A program made the translations under genes and the position numbers. Shown piece after piece: positions 12,600 to 26,600 of a stretch of 64,000 nucleotides of DNA. The notes under the pieces are model-generated. The model made no database searches. It had not been told where the DNA came from and worked only from the letters and a program-made list of their open reading frames with translations. Numbering within the stretch: the first letter of the stretch is position 1; every line of letters starts with the position of its first letter. This DNA comes from Camelus dromedarius (Eukaryota). Location: contig NC_087436.1 in assembly GCF_036321535.1 (NCBI RefSeq), positions 63,738,001 through 63,802,000 of the forward strand, written 5' to 3'.

Positions 12600-13073
12600 T
12601 ATGAACGAAAATACTGCAACCATATCAGTAAACAAAGAGTGCTGAAACCAAGTCATCAGTGGCTGCCACTACTCCCCAGTGAAGACAAGCCTGAAGCCCA
12701 GCCTCTGCAGCCACTCACAATGGTGCACTCTGAGGGGACTCAGAATAAGAAAGGACAGGATACTGGCCCTAGATAGCTAGGTGCTGTCAAAGGAATGAAT
12801 TCATTGAGCCCAAATGATTGCTTCCTCCCATACATAGAAAAGCGCTAAATTCTTTAACTTGAGATGCCTGGTTTTCTTTAGTTAACAAATAATCTTTTAT
12901 TGTTCCAACTACTTAGTCTTTGTTGTAAAGCTCCTACATATCCTAGCTCCTCCCCTACCTCTTCAGAGCAGTCCCTCAGAGGCGATCTGAGGGGCTGTCA
13001 TCCCGGCTGTAGTCCTCCCGCCAAATAAAACATAACTCTCAACTTTTAGGCTGTGCGTTTATTTCAGTCCACA
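12600..13073 (+). mobile_element. ERV1-class solo LTR (possibly MER41-related)
   Basis: TSD AGGG (12596-12599 / 13074-13077). Imperfect inverted termini tatgaacgaaaata / tatttcagtccaca. AATAAA at ~13024. Confidence 0.85.
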
Positions 13074-14149
13074 AGGGAAAAATGGCAATCTAATTTTGAT
13101 TTTAAATGTCACTGTGAATGTTGTGGTGAGGAGGAAGGAGATGGGAAGTAACTAGCAAGAACAGTATCAGAGATATCCAGGTGAGAGAGGAGAGTGCGTC
13201 AAACTAAAATAGTAGTTGCAGAAGCAAAATAAGCGGATAAATATCGAACATGTATTAGAGGGTTGGATAATGAATGAATAAAAAGGAAAAATACTTATGG
13301 TTTGAGTAATTAAGTAGATGGCTTACTATTTACTGAGAAGGGATACTGAGGGGGAAAAAAAGCTTTGAAAGACAAATGAAGAAATGTTTACTGTAGATTT
13401 TGTGTTTTAGAGCATATGCCAGTGTGATGACTGGATAAAAGGGTCTGTCAGTGGGGAGTGAGCAGAGTTAAAAGTATGTATTTGGGAGTCTTTAGCAGAT
13501 AATGGTAATAGGAGATGCTGACAAGTATCTTCACAAAGGCATTCACTGCAATGTTTTTTTGAAATGGAAAACACTGAAGCTAATATAATAAAGATTTGAA
13601 AAGTAATAGTGTCAGTAAAAAGAGAGTCAGGTTGATTTCTATCTACAGATATCATACTTTCTCTAAACAGACAAAGTTAGAGGGCAATGATAACAACCAT
13701 TAACTTGGCTCTGGAGCCACATTTATGATTGTGATTAAGAAAAAAATATATGTGGCTTATAAATGGTTCATTTATGCTCATATGAAGATTATTTAAGCAC
13801 TAAAGTTAAAGTCACCCATGATTCACAGAAGTTTCACATGAATAGAGAACTCCTCCGCACACTAACGCATCAGGGTGAGGAAGAGCTGGCCCGTCTTGCT
13901 GAAGTTTATGATTCAGCAGCAGTTAATGCCAGACAAGTTTAGACTTCAGGCATAAAATACGGGCCCCTCTACTCACTCATATTCAGGCCTAATTATTCTA
14001 TTTTGTCTTCATGTATTATCTTGTGTGCTTTTATTTGGAATTAATCCTAAACAAGAGGTTTCAAATGTGAGGGATTAACTATTAAGGGCCTGCATCTGCA
14101 TCCATTGCCAACACAGAGTATCAGACAATGGAGTTCTCACACACCTGTT

Positions 14150-14640
14150 TTTGGCTTTGTTTTGCTTGTTGCTTAACGTAATGCAAATTTAGCATGTCAC
14201 CATTCTTTAAGTCAGAAGTCTTGTTGGCTTGGCTGGTTTCTCTGTTCTAAGTTTCATACGATTGAAATTGAGGTGTGGGCCAGCTGGGCTCATTGGAAGG
14301 CTCAGGGAAGAAACCTCTCCCTAGCTTATTTAGGGTGTTGGGAGACTCCTCTCCTACAAGGAGTCTCAAACAGTTACAAACTGTTTCTTTGCTGGCTGTC
14401 AGCTGGGACTCGATCTCTCTCCTGTTTGCTGCCCCCACATTCCTTCCCATATTTGCCCTCTGGTCCTCCTCCAGCAACTGACTGAGTTCCTCTCATGCTT
14501 CACATCTCTCTAACTTCACTTTCTGAGACACCTGACTCTCCTGCCTCCCTACTCTGTTTTTAATTAGTTATTAGATTATGTTGGGCCTACCCAGATAGTT
14601 CAAATTAATCTTCCTATCTTCATTCAAGTCATCTGATTTT
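14150..14640 (-). mobile_element. MaLR solo LTR (MLT1D/E-like)
   Basis: 'gtcagaagtc...ggctggtttctctg', 'tttctttgctggctgtcagctggg' and 'ttgggcctacccagatagttcaaattaatcttcctatctt'. Confidence 0.75.
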
Positions 14641-16594
14641 GTTTTTCTAATAATAGTGATATAATTCACCTTTTTTTACTTTAAAATCCACACCTGACTT
14701 CAAAAGTAAATTACTTACCAATTTGAAACAAATCAGTTAAGTTAATTCAATGATTTATCAATTACCTATTTTAATAGTTTTCTTTCAGCACATTTCAATA
14801 GTTGAAGATTCACCATATCTTGATACCTGTATCTGCTTTTATTTTATTAAGCCATTCCCATGAAGTTATTATTTAATCATTTTTAGTATGGATGTCAATA
14901 GAAACATAACAGAAATCTTAAAAATTCCAATATCACACCTATAAGTCTTTTATTTGGTACTTTGGATATGACTAGAGAAATTTCTGCTATCCTTCCTAAG
15001 ATTTACTACCTGTGAAGGTAGAAATAATTTTGTACACCCTTCCAATATTAGCCAGAAACAGTCAGTGATAAAATACTTTGTACTAGCTTCTTTCGCAGTC
15101 CAAGTCAGTAATACCTATTACTTGATTAATATATAATAGACTTCCAGGCTCCCAGGCCAAAGTTCCCTCTTCTAAGTAGTAAGACTTCTAAAAGTAAATA
15201 AATAGAAGATAAACCTCTTGCATGTAAGGAACTTACAAAAATTAATGATGAATTAATAGTAACTAGTTAGTAATAAAAATAATTAATAAAGAAATAAAAT
15301 AAAATGGCATATTAAAATAAATTCAGAGCTTGAAAGAGAATGATTTTTTTTCTGATAGCCTTTCATTCCTCATTCTCAACATGCTGTCTTAAATCAATCA
15401 TACCCTCAGACAAGAAAAGAGGAAAAGAAGAAAAGACAGAAGGAAAGAGTAAAGTGGAAGAAAAGGTTTCTTATTTGCCAGGCATATTTTAGATAGCACA
15501 GAAACAGGACAGACAGGACAGAACTGTCCTTTTAAAAATTATTCTCCCTGTTTCTAACATGTGATTTAAAAAACACAACTAACAATAGCATTAATTAATC
15601 CCCGGGCTCATATTCTTTACTTTAGGTGTCATATTTCATCTAATTTGAAAATTACCTAAATAGTAAGCCACTTTCCACTACCAGTCATTGAAGAAAAATA
15701 TACACATATTCATAACCAGTGGTCTCACTATACAAATAGAACCATCCAATTCCTTAAATTATCCCTGCTTCTCTATCACATATCAGGTATATGATACTTT
15801 TTCTACAGATCCCTTTTCATATTCTTTCATACACTGAAGAGAGAAGAATGAAAATTCCATATAAATTGATTCAAAAAGAGAATATTCTCTTCATTATATC
15901 AAAAATATTGAGTGATTATCACTCATGGACATGTGGATAATATACACAATAAATCCCCGAACAAAACTTCAGTCCCACAATTCTGGTATGGTGATTCTCA
16001 TCAGTTGTTACATAAATCTGTAAACATTCTGGATTCACCCCAGTGTTGTGAAAACACTGTGACAGTTCTCTAACGTAGGGTTAAAAGGTGATCGGTATCT
16101 AAAACCCTTGTAGAATGCAGAATAAACTACTAATGGTATTTCATAGCTAATTTTACCCACAAGTAGAATAAAGCAGAATGATTGGCAAAATAAACAACTA
16201 AAAAGTAATTCTTCCTTAACTTAGCCTCAAACTTGTGAAATTTTTAAAGAAGGAACAATTTAAGTAAAACTTTCAATGAAAGTGAAATAATCACTTTATT
16301 TTTTCACTTGTTGAATGAACTCAATAGTAACTACTGAGCTTATTTTCTGTACACAATGTATAAGGAAAACACAAAGAAGTAGGAGAAATGCTTTACTCCT
16401 AAAAAGTTTAAACTCTGGCTAAAGAATCAGAACATTGGAACATGAATGGATCAAGTGGATAACAAAAAACTGACATCATAAAAATACACATAAATGTGTA
16501 TGAAATATCAGATAAAGAGTAATTATTGCAGATTAAAATTCAAGATAAAATAATTTTTGGCAGAAGCAAATATAAAATGTTTTCATTCATATAA

Positions 16595-18420
16595 CCTACC
16601 TCATTCAGTACATTTTGATATGTTTTAAGTTTTTTGCTAATCCTAGAAAATACCAGCATGAAAAGAAAGCAAACTCTACCCTATACATGTAAATTAATTC
16701 TTAAACCATTTCATCTTGTGCTATATTCGAGTATGAACCAGAAGTTAGAGAAGTTCAGGGAAAAAAAAAAAAACTAGTTAAGTCAGGAGATGGCAGAGAA
16801 TGTGTCATATAAAAAGTGACATTTGAGTCACTGTAAATGATGACTAAAACAGCATCCTAAATAGAAGAAACCGCATAAGTCAACAAGGAGGCATAAAATA
16901 TTGGTCACTTCCTGTGGTTGTCTCCTAAAAGAAATGCACATAAGTAATGCAAATGTTGCAAAGATAAATAAGAATTGGATCATGAATCTCTTGTATTTGG
17001 TATAAAGATTTATTATTTTTGCCATATGAGCTTTGTGGAATTGTTGAAGTTCTTTAAGATTGGATTGGTAGGATTTGCAATTTAAAAGATCCAGCTGGTA
17101 GCACTGCAGAAAATATACTAGATGAAGTACAGAAGGAGAACAAGTTAGGAAGTGTGTTGGACACCTCTAAGACACCTCTGATGAAACACTTCAGATCCTC
17201 TTAAGCTCAGCTGTGTCTGCATGGTTGTCTGACCTCAGACATTTGCAACCTGACAACACTTCCTGACATGGCCTTGTGTGATCCTATGCCTTGTACCTCC
17301 ACTCCTGAGGCTTCCCTGTTGACCTTTGCAGTCCCACTTAATACCCACATGTGTAACATAAATGTCTGAGACTATAAAAGCCCTAGGACAAATCCTTGCC
17401 TAACAGGAGATTAGAACAAGCTGACAAATTTTTCCAACATTTCCTTAACCTCTCTCCTTCTCATAAATGTAGGTTATAGGACTTCTTGGGTATGTTTTTT
17501 TTTTTCAAGGTTTAGCAGTCACATTCAGTGGCAGCCAGCTAGATATTGTGTCCAGGGATTGGTTATCTTTCCTTTCCTGATTTATTCCTCCTCACCCTCA
17601 CTCCCTGTATTCCATAAAATGCATATATAATTTTTTCTAAGTAACTCATTTTAACTGTAGCAGTGAAGGAAGGAAGAGAATAGGTTCAAGGGGTATTAAG
17701 AAGATAGACTAAACATGGCCTTGTGACTGATTGGTTGTAAGTGAATAGTAGACAGTAGGCTAGAGCAGCTTCTAAGATTGTAGTCTGGGTGATATTTTGG
17801 AGAGTAGTGCCATTAAACAAACTAACAAATACAGGAAGAGGGGCAGGTTTTGGAATGCAGAAATATGTTCAATATTAGATATAAGACATAATTTATCATT
17901 GGGAAGGCAATCAAAAAGACAACTGGAAATATGAGTATGGAGCTCAGTAAAAATGTTTAGTCTAGGAACTATAATTTGCAAATCATCAGCTTTAAATTGG
18001 CAAGGTAAACTCACAATTAGGGGAAGAGGATCAAGGATGGAACTCTTAAGTGTTCTATAATTAAGGGACATAGAAGAAGAAAAGTTAGAGTCTTAAAAAT
18101 AGTTGTGAATATGGAGGAAAGAGAACAAGAAATAATGTATATGCTTGGAAGCCAAAAAAAAAAAAAAAAAGAAGAAGAAGAAGGAGTTTCAAGAAGAAGG
18201 AGTTTCAAGAAGAGAGGAATCAACCGTGTTAAATGTGGCAAAGAAATGAAATAAATTAAACGGAGTGGAAAATGTGAACTGGACTGAACGATTATGTCAT
18301 TGTTGGCTTAACAAGAGTATTTTCAGTAGTAGAATATGATGGGGGAAAAAAGGCCCATAGAATAAAATAACTAGAAAAATGAAATGAGCCAAGAAAACTG
18401 TAAAAACATGTAGGTAAACA
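16595..18420 (-). mobile_element. L2 fossil interrupted by an LTR
   Basis: Antisense L2 motifs (gtgacatttgag; gggaaggcaatc...actggaaatatgagtatggagctcag; gtttcaagaagaagg). Contains a 16-bp tandem duplication at 18181-18212. Confidence 0.7.
17153..17655 (+). mobile_element. Decayed ERVL solo LTR (LTR16-like)
   Basis: C-rich ~500 bp block interrupting the purine-rich L2, with LTR16-like motifs (ggacaaatccttgcctaacaggag). Ends unclear. Confidence 0.5.
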
Positions 18421-19826
18421 TGTAACAGACATTTTTCAGGCTCTCCTCATCTTGTTCCATCAGGATTTCCTCCACCAGTAACTTGCAGATACTTTAAATG
18501 AAAGGGGCCTGCCTGACACATCCCCACTAAAAAATGTAACATGGACTTGAGCCTTTCATTGTTCTCCTAGAGATTCACTACTGTTGTTATTGGCAATTCT
18601 TTTACCATTTTTTTTTTCCACTGACAAGATTCTTTGTTTTATTCCCTTTACTGCAATGTGGAATCAGGAAGACTTATCCATTGTTTAGCTTTGAAGAAGT
18701 ACACCATATTTCCATTGAGATATTATCCATTTATGTATGGGAGAGATTTTCACAGAGCACTGGGAAACTTTTAACCCCCAGAGCAGAGCTACCTGAAGAT
18801 AGGCAGAGCCATTTCTCACAACTTTACCAGGAACACATACATATCCAGGGTATGCACGACACTCTGGGAATAAACGAATCTCTGCCACCACCTCCCTACT
18901 CCATCCTCCACCCCTCACCCACCTTAAAAAAACAAACAAACAAAAAACCAGGAGTATTTCTCTCCTTTCTCTTCTCTCATTTTCCAGGACATATTTTGCT
19001 TTCACAGTTTATGTCAAGCACTCCTGTCCCATTTAGGTGTTCAGTACCTAAGAAAGAAAGACGACTATAAAATAATGAGAATCGTGTATTTAGATACTTA
19101 AACTAGACTTATCCTTTATTTAGCAAGGGCTACGTTTCTTATTGAGTGAGCAGGATTTTAGTATTTTAATAAGACTCAGAACAGTTAGTATCTTTATGCA
19201 AAATAGATATTATAAGTAGGTAATTCTTTGTGATTGCAAAGTTATGTTTCAATATAATTACACAGAGCTTTATTTTGTCACTGAGCCCATTGGATTGATT
19301 TGGGATACCATTGTGAATGTAATGAAGGCAGAACATTAAAGAATTCCTGCACAGTTTCTTTTCCCAGTAAAAGCAAACCCTGAACATACCAGTATGTTAG
19401 AAACTATGTATACAGCATGCAGGATCAACTTTAGTAACAATTTGTAATGAGTAGAATATTAGTAGGTTATTCCAGTAAAAATAAAATAAGGTGGCCCAAA
19501 TCCATAAGGATGTATTCAAACATGTTCTGAGACTGGCAGGAATGAGAAAGTAAATCCAAAATACAGATAAAATAACAGGAGAGAGATACAGGAGAAGTAA
19601 GATAAAGAGATTTGATCTGCTCAGGAAGGGAGAAGAAAACTAAATTCTAATATTTCTGAATCATACTGAAATATTAGAAGATCATCTGATTCGATAAGAA
19701 ATGCAGTTCTTGCTTAGTAAAGAATTAGCATAGTTCAAACCTGTGACATATAGATATGGTCAGATTTGTTCACTAAACTAAGATTTTAAAAAAAAATTGA
19801 AGAGCTCTTAAAAAACTCCAGTGTTG

Positions 19827-22800
19827 AGGAGCTACTTCTGGAAGGGTTAAGTAAGGGCCTCCTAAAATATCCCTTGTGAATATGGGTGCAAATAATATTC
19901 AACAAAAAACTAGCAAAACTAAATCTAGCAACATAAAAAGGATTATACACCGTGACCAAGTAGGATTTATCCCAGGAATGCAAGATTTGTTCAACATACA
20001 AAATGAATCACTCTAATACACCATACGACTAAGCTAAAAATACATGATCATCTCAATAGATGCAGAAAAAAGCATTTAAAAAAACCAACATCCTTTCCCA
20101 ATAAAAAAAAACTGAACAAACTAAAATAAAGAGTAACTTCTGCAACTGGATTAATAAAAGAGCATTAAGGAAAAACTCATAGCTAACATTATACTTTATG
20201 AAGAAAAAGTGCAAGATTTCTTTTTATGATCAGGAAACACAATGATGTCTGTTCTCACCACTTCCATTCATCATTGAATTGGAGGTTTCAGCCAGGCCAA
20301 TAGGGCAAGAATAAGAAATAAAAAACATCCATATTGGAAAGGAAGAATTAACATTATTCACAGATAACAGGATCTTATATAAAGAAAATTCTAAGGAATC
20401 GATGTAAATAAAAGTTAGAACTAATAAAAAAGCACAGCAATTTTGCAGAATACTAGATCAATGTACAAAAATAAATTGTACTTTTATACCCTATCAGTGA
20501 ACAATCCGATAGTGAAATTAAGAAAGTCATTCTATTTATAATAGCATCAAAAGAATACAAATTAGGAATAAATTCAGCAAAAGAAATGTAAGGCCTATAC
20601 ACTGAAAAACAACAAAACATCATCAAAAGACAATAAAGACCTAAATAAATGGAAAAAATATTCCATGTACATAGATCAGAAGACCCACATTGTTAAGGTA
20701 GTATTATAGCTTATTCTCTTAAAATTCCTATTGTGCAAGTCCTAATCCCCAGTGGAACATGATCTTATTTGGAAATAGGTTCAGTACAGATGTAATTATG
20801 CAATTAGTTAAAGTGAGATGAGGTTATACTGAGTAGGATGGGCTCCTAATCCAATAAAACCTGGTGTACTTATAAAAATAATGCCATGGGAAGAGAAAGA
20901 GATGTGTAAAGAGGGAAGTCAGTGTGAAGACACAGGATGAATGCCATCCACATGGAATCCTAAAGGTTGCCAGCAAACCACCAAAAGCTAGGAGAGACAC
21001 ATGGAACAGATTTTACCCCACAGCCTTCAGAGGAACCAATTCTATTGATGCATTTTTCTCAGACTTCTAGCTTCCAGAACTGTGAGAAAATAAATTTCTG
21101 CACTTTAGGACAGTCAGTTTATGGTACTTTGTACAGCAGTCCCAAGAAACTACTACAGTTTGCAATAATCCTAAAATATATCTGCTGATTCAGTACAGTT
21201 CCAGTAAGTATTCCAGCTGCCTTTTTTTTTTTTTTGCAGAAATTGGCAAACTGACTTGAAAAGTTCATATATTAATTCAAGGGAAGGGACCCAGTATATC
21301 CCAAACAATATTGAAAAAGAGGAACAAATTTGTTTCTGATTTCAAAACATACAGCAAAGCCACAATAATCAAAAATAATATGAACTGGCTTAAAAATAAA
21401 CATACAGACCAATGAAATAGATTTAGCATCCAGAAATAAACACTTAAATTTTGAGTCAACTGATTTTGACAAGGGTGCCAATGTAATAACTAAAAGGAGA
21501 AAGACCAGTCTTTTGAACAAATGGTACTGTGACAACTTCTGTAAAAGAATGAAGTTGAATCCCTTCCTCATATTTTACAAAAATACAGATCATGGAAGTA
21601 AATAGAAGAGCTGAATCTATAAAACTATTAGATGAAAACATAAATGTAAACCTTCATGATCTTAGATTAGGTAGTGGTTTCTTAGATATGACACCGGAAG
21701 TACAAACAACAAAGAGCAAAATAGACAAATTGGATGACATAAAAATTTTAAACTTCGTGCTTTCTTTTTATATTCCATCTTATTATATGCATGTATCTCT
21801 CAGATTATTTTTAATAATAGGCAAAAATTATGTACAAAATGTTTAATTACTCATCATTCCATCATCAAAACATAATTATTTTCATTATAACATCCCCTTT
21901 TAATTTTATGTCTATCCATATAAGTGAAATTATGAAACATACAAATTTATATATTTTATTATCATAACCATTACATTAAAGTCAACCAAGGAATTGAAAT
22001 GACAACCCAACGAATGAGAGAACATATTTGTAATCACATATCTGATAAATAAGTTCAACCTACAATATATAAAGAGCCATTGCAACTCAAAAATAAAAAG
22101 ACAAATGACAAATTTAAAAATTGACATTGAACTAGACATTTCTCCAAAGAAGATACTCAGATGTCCAATGAGCATATAAAAAGAAGTTTAACATCACTAG
22201 TCATTAGGAAAGTTCATATCAAAATCACAAGATACTACTTCACATGCATTAGAATGACTCTTCTCAAAAAGACAGATAATAGCAAGCATCAGCAAGGATG
22301 TGGAGAAATTAGAATTCTTAGACATTGCTGCTGAGAATGTAAAATGCTATAGACGTTTTAGAAAACAGTTTGCTAGTGTCTCAAAAAGTTAAACAAAGAA
22401 TTGCCATATTACCTAGCAATTTCATTCCAAAGTATAAACCCAAAGAATTGAATATGCATGCTCCCACAAAAATTTAAACATGAATGTTCATAGCAGCATT
22501 ATTCACAACAGCCAAAAAAGCTAAAAGAACACAAATGTCCACCAATTGTTGAATAGATGAACGAAATGTGATGTACCTATTTGATGAGATACTGTTTAGC
22601 CTTAAAAGGGGAATGAAGTTCTGCTATTGGACGAACATTGAAGACATTACACTAAAGGAAAGAAGCCAGGCATAAAGACCACGTATTGTATGATTCCATT
22701 TATATGAAATATCTGAATAAGCAAATCTACAGGGACAGAAACTTAGATTAGTGGTTGTCAGGAGCTGGAGAAAGAGGAGGAAGGGGAATATCTGCTAATG

Positions 22801-22961
22801 TGTAAGGAGTTTTTTTTAAGGGGTGATAGATATGTTCTGGAGTAAGATGGTGATGGTTGTACAACTTTGTCAATATTCCATACTTGTACACTTTAAAAAT
22901 AAAACAAGTGAATTGTACACTTTAAAATAAAATAGTAATAACAATAGTAAATAAACTATTA
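19827..22961 (+). mobile_element. L1MB-like element (ORF2 RT/C-terminal region plus 3'UTR) with nested insertions
   Basis: Long ORF2 similarity (accaagtaggatttatcccaggaatgcaag; tgatcatctcaatagatgcagaaaaagcattt). Degenerate 17-bp TSD 19810-19826 / 22962-22978. Appears to split a MER5-like fossil. Confidence 0.9.
20702..21157 (+). mobile_element. MaLR solo LTR (MLT1B/C-like) nested in L1
   Basis: 'aagtcctaatcccc...ttatttggaaatagg', 'cagacttctagcttccagaactgtgagaaaataaatttctg', end 'aaactactaca'. Confidence 0.9.
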
Positions 22962-23149
22962 AAAAAATTCTAGCATTGTGCCCTATATACCCTTGAAATC
23001 AGAATTTCTAAAGATGGTTTGATTATTAACATTTTAGAAGCTCCCAAACAAAAACAAAAAAGTACAAACAGCCCATTTCTTCATTGTCAAATGTATAGAC
23101 GCCTTACTACATAATTACTTCGAGATATCTTCTTCCTATATCAAGATTA

Positions 23150-23640
23150 CTTTTTATTTTAGGGGAAAAAAGCTATAAATGCTCAAAAAATGTTTAATTA
23201 CTCATCATCCCACTATCATAACAGTTATTTCCATTTAACATTCCCTCTGATCCTTTTTCTTTCCCATATAAGTTCAATTACAGTACACACAAATTTATAT
23301 ATTTTAATTATTATACAATTACAATGTGCTGAAATTAACATATAAGTCCTCTATTACTAATCAAGTTAATAATATTTGCATAATACAAATAATACTAAAA
23401 TTAGAATTTTAATACATATAGGTTTTTTCTGCTATAGACTTTTTACTTAAGATTATCTTCCAGAAGTGATTTCTGAGCCAAAAGCTTTCAAATTATATAG
23501 CACACAAATCTCTTTCACAGAGAGGGTGGTACTAATATATATGTCATTGGCATTTATGTAAAAATTTTGCCACCCTTCCTAAGTGTATTATATTATCATG
23601 ACAATCAATTGTTTTTGCTAGTTTAATGTTACTATAACAC
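23150..23640 (-). mobile_element. Very old L1ME-like fragment, antisense
   Basis: 'attactcatcatcccactatcataacagttatttccatttaacatt' and 'cttccagaagtgatttctgagccaaa' resemble antisense L1ME. Confidence 0.5.
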
Positions 23641-26600
23641 AGCATTTAAAAATCAAAGTTCTATTATTTGTTCTGTTGCTTACACAGAAGTGAAGTTAGG
23701 TCCTCCTACAGGGTTGCTCATCTAGTGCGAGATGATAACATGTACCTACAATCGTTGGTTAATTAAACTAGCAGTACTCAAGAATAATTTGTAACACTTT
23801 CTGTTTTGGGACTTATCACAGCTGAACCTTCCATTCAATTCACAAAACTACATACTACATTCACAAAATATTCATTAATGGGCCACATTAAATTTATTTG
23901 TTAGCTACTCTGTGTATTCACAGAGTAGTTCTGAATAAAATTATGAAAAGTACAAGAATTGATATCTCCCATAAAATATCCCTTCCCGTTTAATGGCCCT
24001 CCCTTCCTCCACTCTATTTTTGATTTTCATTTTTCAGTACATTTTATTACAAATAATACATACTTATTATAACAAGTAAAACACTGCAGAAACATATAAA
24101 TTAAAAAAACCGCTTATCCATCCCTCTCCACCATTGTGCAAATCAAATCTAAACTGCGTGATAACCAGTATGAACAGCCTAGTGTGTACACTTTAACTCT
24201 TTCCTTGATTTTAATGCAAGCATATGCAGGAATGTTTAACATCTATTTTTTTCTAAGATTGCTAGGACTCTCATAATCATTCCACAAGCTTCCCATTTAA
24301 AAAGTCCTCCATTTTTTTTATTTACATGAATGACTAACCACTTAAGTTATTAATCTCCCAATAATAATTTATTGTTAACAGGCCAACATTCTGTAAATTA
24401 GAAATTAAATTCTGAGAGCAGAACTGCCAGCATCTATCAGTGTATAAAAGAGGATGTGGATACTTGGAGAAGGGGAAAGGGTTGTAGTATGTGGCCTTCC
24501 AAAACTTCAGAAATATCTTTGAGTTCTTATACTTTCTTAAATATAAGATACATATACACGGCAGTCTTTGAGCTTTTCGTATTCACTAGGCATACACAAC
24601 CTAGAAGGTTTCTGTTTTCAGACAGATGTTGGCATAACCTCAGAGTCACGTACATACGTAAATATGTACCTGGATATTCCTTCATGCATTCGCTGAATAT
24701 ACTAGTTCTTGCATGTTCCTGAAGAGCAATACATGTTCATCAACGAAAAGTATCTTTGTGGTTTATGGCCTGACTTTTATATTTGTAAGAGGACAAACCA
24801 GGAAGAAAATAACATGTAATGCATTAAACAATAGAAGTGATTATGGAATAACAGAAAATAAAGAGGAAAGAATGACACAATATAACAGCAATGTTTAGGC
24901 AACTCATCTCACCCGATCTGCCCCAGGCAATATGTGAGAGAACAGAATGCAGGGAATACCTAAGCTTTGCTTTTGTCTGTACTTTTTAAGTTCATACCTG
25001 CTTATTACACCACTATACATTCATCTTATAGCTTAGTTAAAGCAATTACTTACTGAGATTAGAGAAAATATAAACCCTGATTACACTACATAGAGAACAT
25101 TAATAGTTTTCACTGAAAAAAATAAATTAAAATTCCAGAATATAGTGCAAAAAAATACCATGGCTCTTGGAAACAGTACTGAAGACAGTGGAACAGTTAA
25201 AATGAAATCTTACCAAATGTCATGGGAACATTGTATAGAGACTCTCAAGATAGATAACATTAGAAGAGAGATGACTAACATTTCATACATTCCTCTAGGA
25301 ATATTTTTACTTACATTTCTTTAGAGAAGGAACTGAAACCATTTCATGAAATAATAAAACTAATTTATTGTGCCACTGTAAAATCAATATAAATCTTTGA
25401 CATTAAAGGTAGCTGAGTTCCCTTTGGCCACACATGTTTACATTCTAAGTACAGAAGCAATATTTCAACACTGGAAGCCCATGATTTCACTTTGTGTATT
25501 ATTTCTCTAAAAATATTGTTGGGGGTTTCAATTTTGCATCCAATACAAACCTACTTTGTTTAAAAAAAAAAAAAAAGTACAAATCACAAAGAAGAAAGCC
25601 AAAGATGAACACAAGGAAAAGAGCACTAAAGCCCAAGTTTGAGGGATAAAGTAAGATTCAAGACATCAAAAGTGTTCATGGTAGGAGTGGCTGAGGGTTT
25701 TAGAAGCAGTCTGGGACATAGAGCATAAGGCAGAACAAGGCAATAGTTAATACTGGTTACAAGGTATATTACAAAAGAGACAAAGGATGGATTTTACTGT
25801 CTGGCAGCTAACAGGTCTGGGATGGATCTTCAAGATCAACATAGCTATAAAAACGGATTTCTATCTTAGATTAGAGCACTATTTCGGAACGTCTACTATC
25901 AAGCTTACTTGACCTAATATTTTACAGTCATTAACCTATTAAAATGATTTATCATGTAATCTTTGGAAAATGGGACGCAAAATATGTGGTAGAGGTAAAG
26001 GTTAGGGCCAGAACATAAATCATACATAAGGTGAAACATCTAGAAGATGGTACCTGGCAGCCCAAGGCAATTAGTATCTCAAAGGACAAAATGTAAACAT
26101 GATTACAGTTGTCTTTTCCTGCATAAAAATAGGCATTTCACTCAATGTGTACATAATAATAAATCTTTGTGAATATTTTAGAACTGAAATGGGCTTAGTG
26201 AAAATCTTATCAGATAACAAAAAAGAACTTGGGAAAATCATATCTTAAGAAAACATTAACAAATTTTCAAAATGTTTTTACCAAGATTAAGTGTCAGACT
26301 TAAATATATCCTCAAAATTTCAGTAAAAAATGTTGCAAAGGTTTTAAATGTTATTGCAAACTGTTCTCCACACAAAATAAATACAAATATGCACAAATCT
26401 GTTATAATCCTACCTAAAATTAGTGAGTTCGTGATTTAAAAGAAGTATATGATTTAACTAGAAGATACATGTCCACAGCCTTCATGCATAAAAATACACT
26501 AGCATTATAGTTCACAGGAAAGAAAAAATAAAACTTTTATTTCCTGATTAAATGGATGTAATTACCTAAATTTTAATTTACTATGATCTTTGGGAGGGAA

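Larger units (their letters stand above)
11655..13510 (-). mobile_element. L2 fossil split by two ERV1 solo LTRs
   Basis: Antisense L2 motifs read collinearly across 11655-11749, 12215-12599 and 13074-13510. Confidence 0.7.

Noticed and set aside
11750..13073. A single deleted provirus or a CRISPR-like array
   Set aside because: The two LTRs are dissimilar with separate TSDs; the repeat has only two units with no spacers, and the DNA is mammalian.
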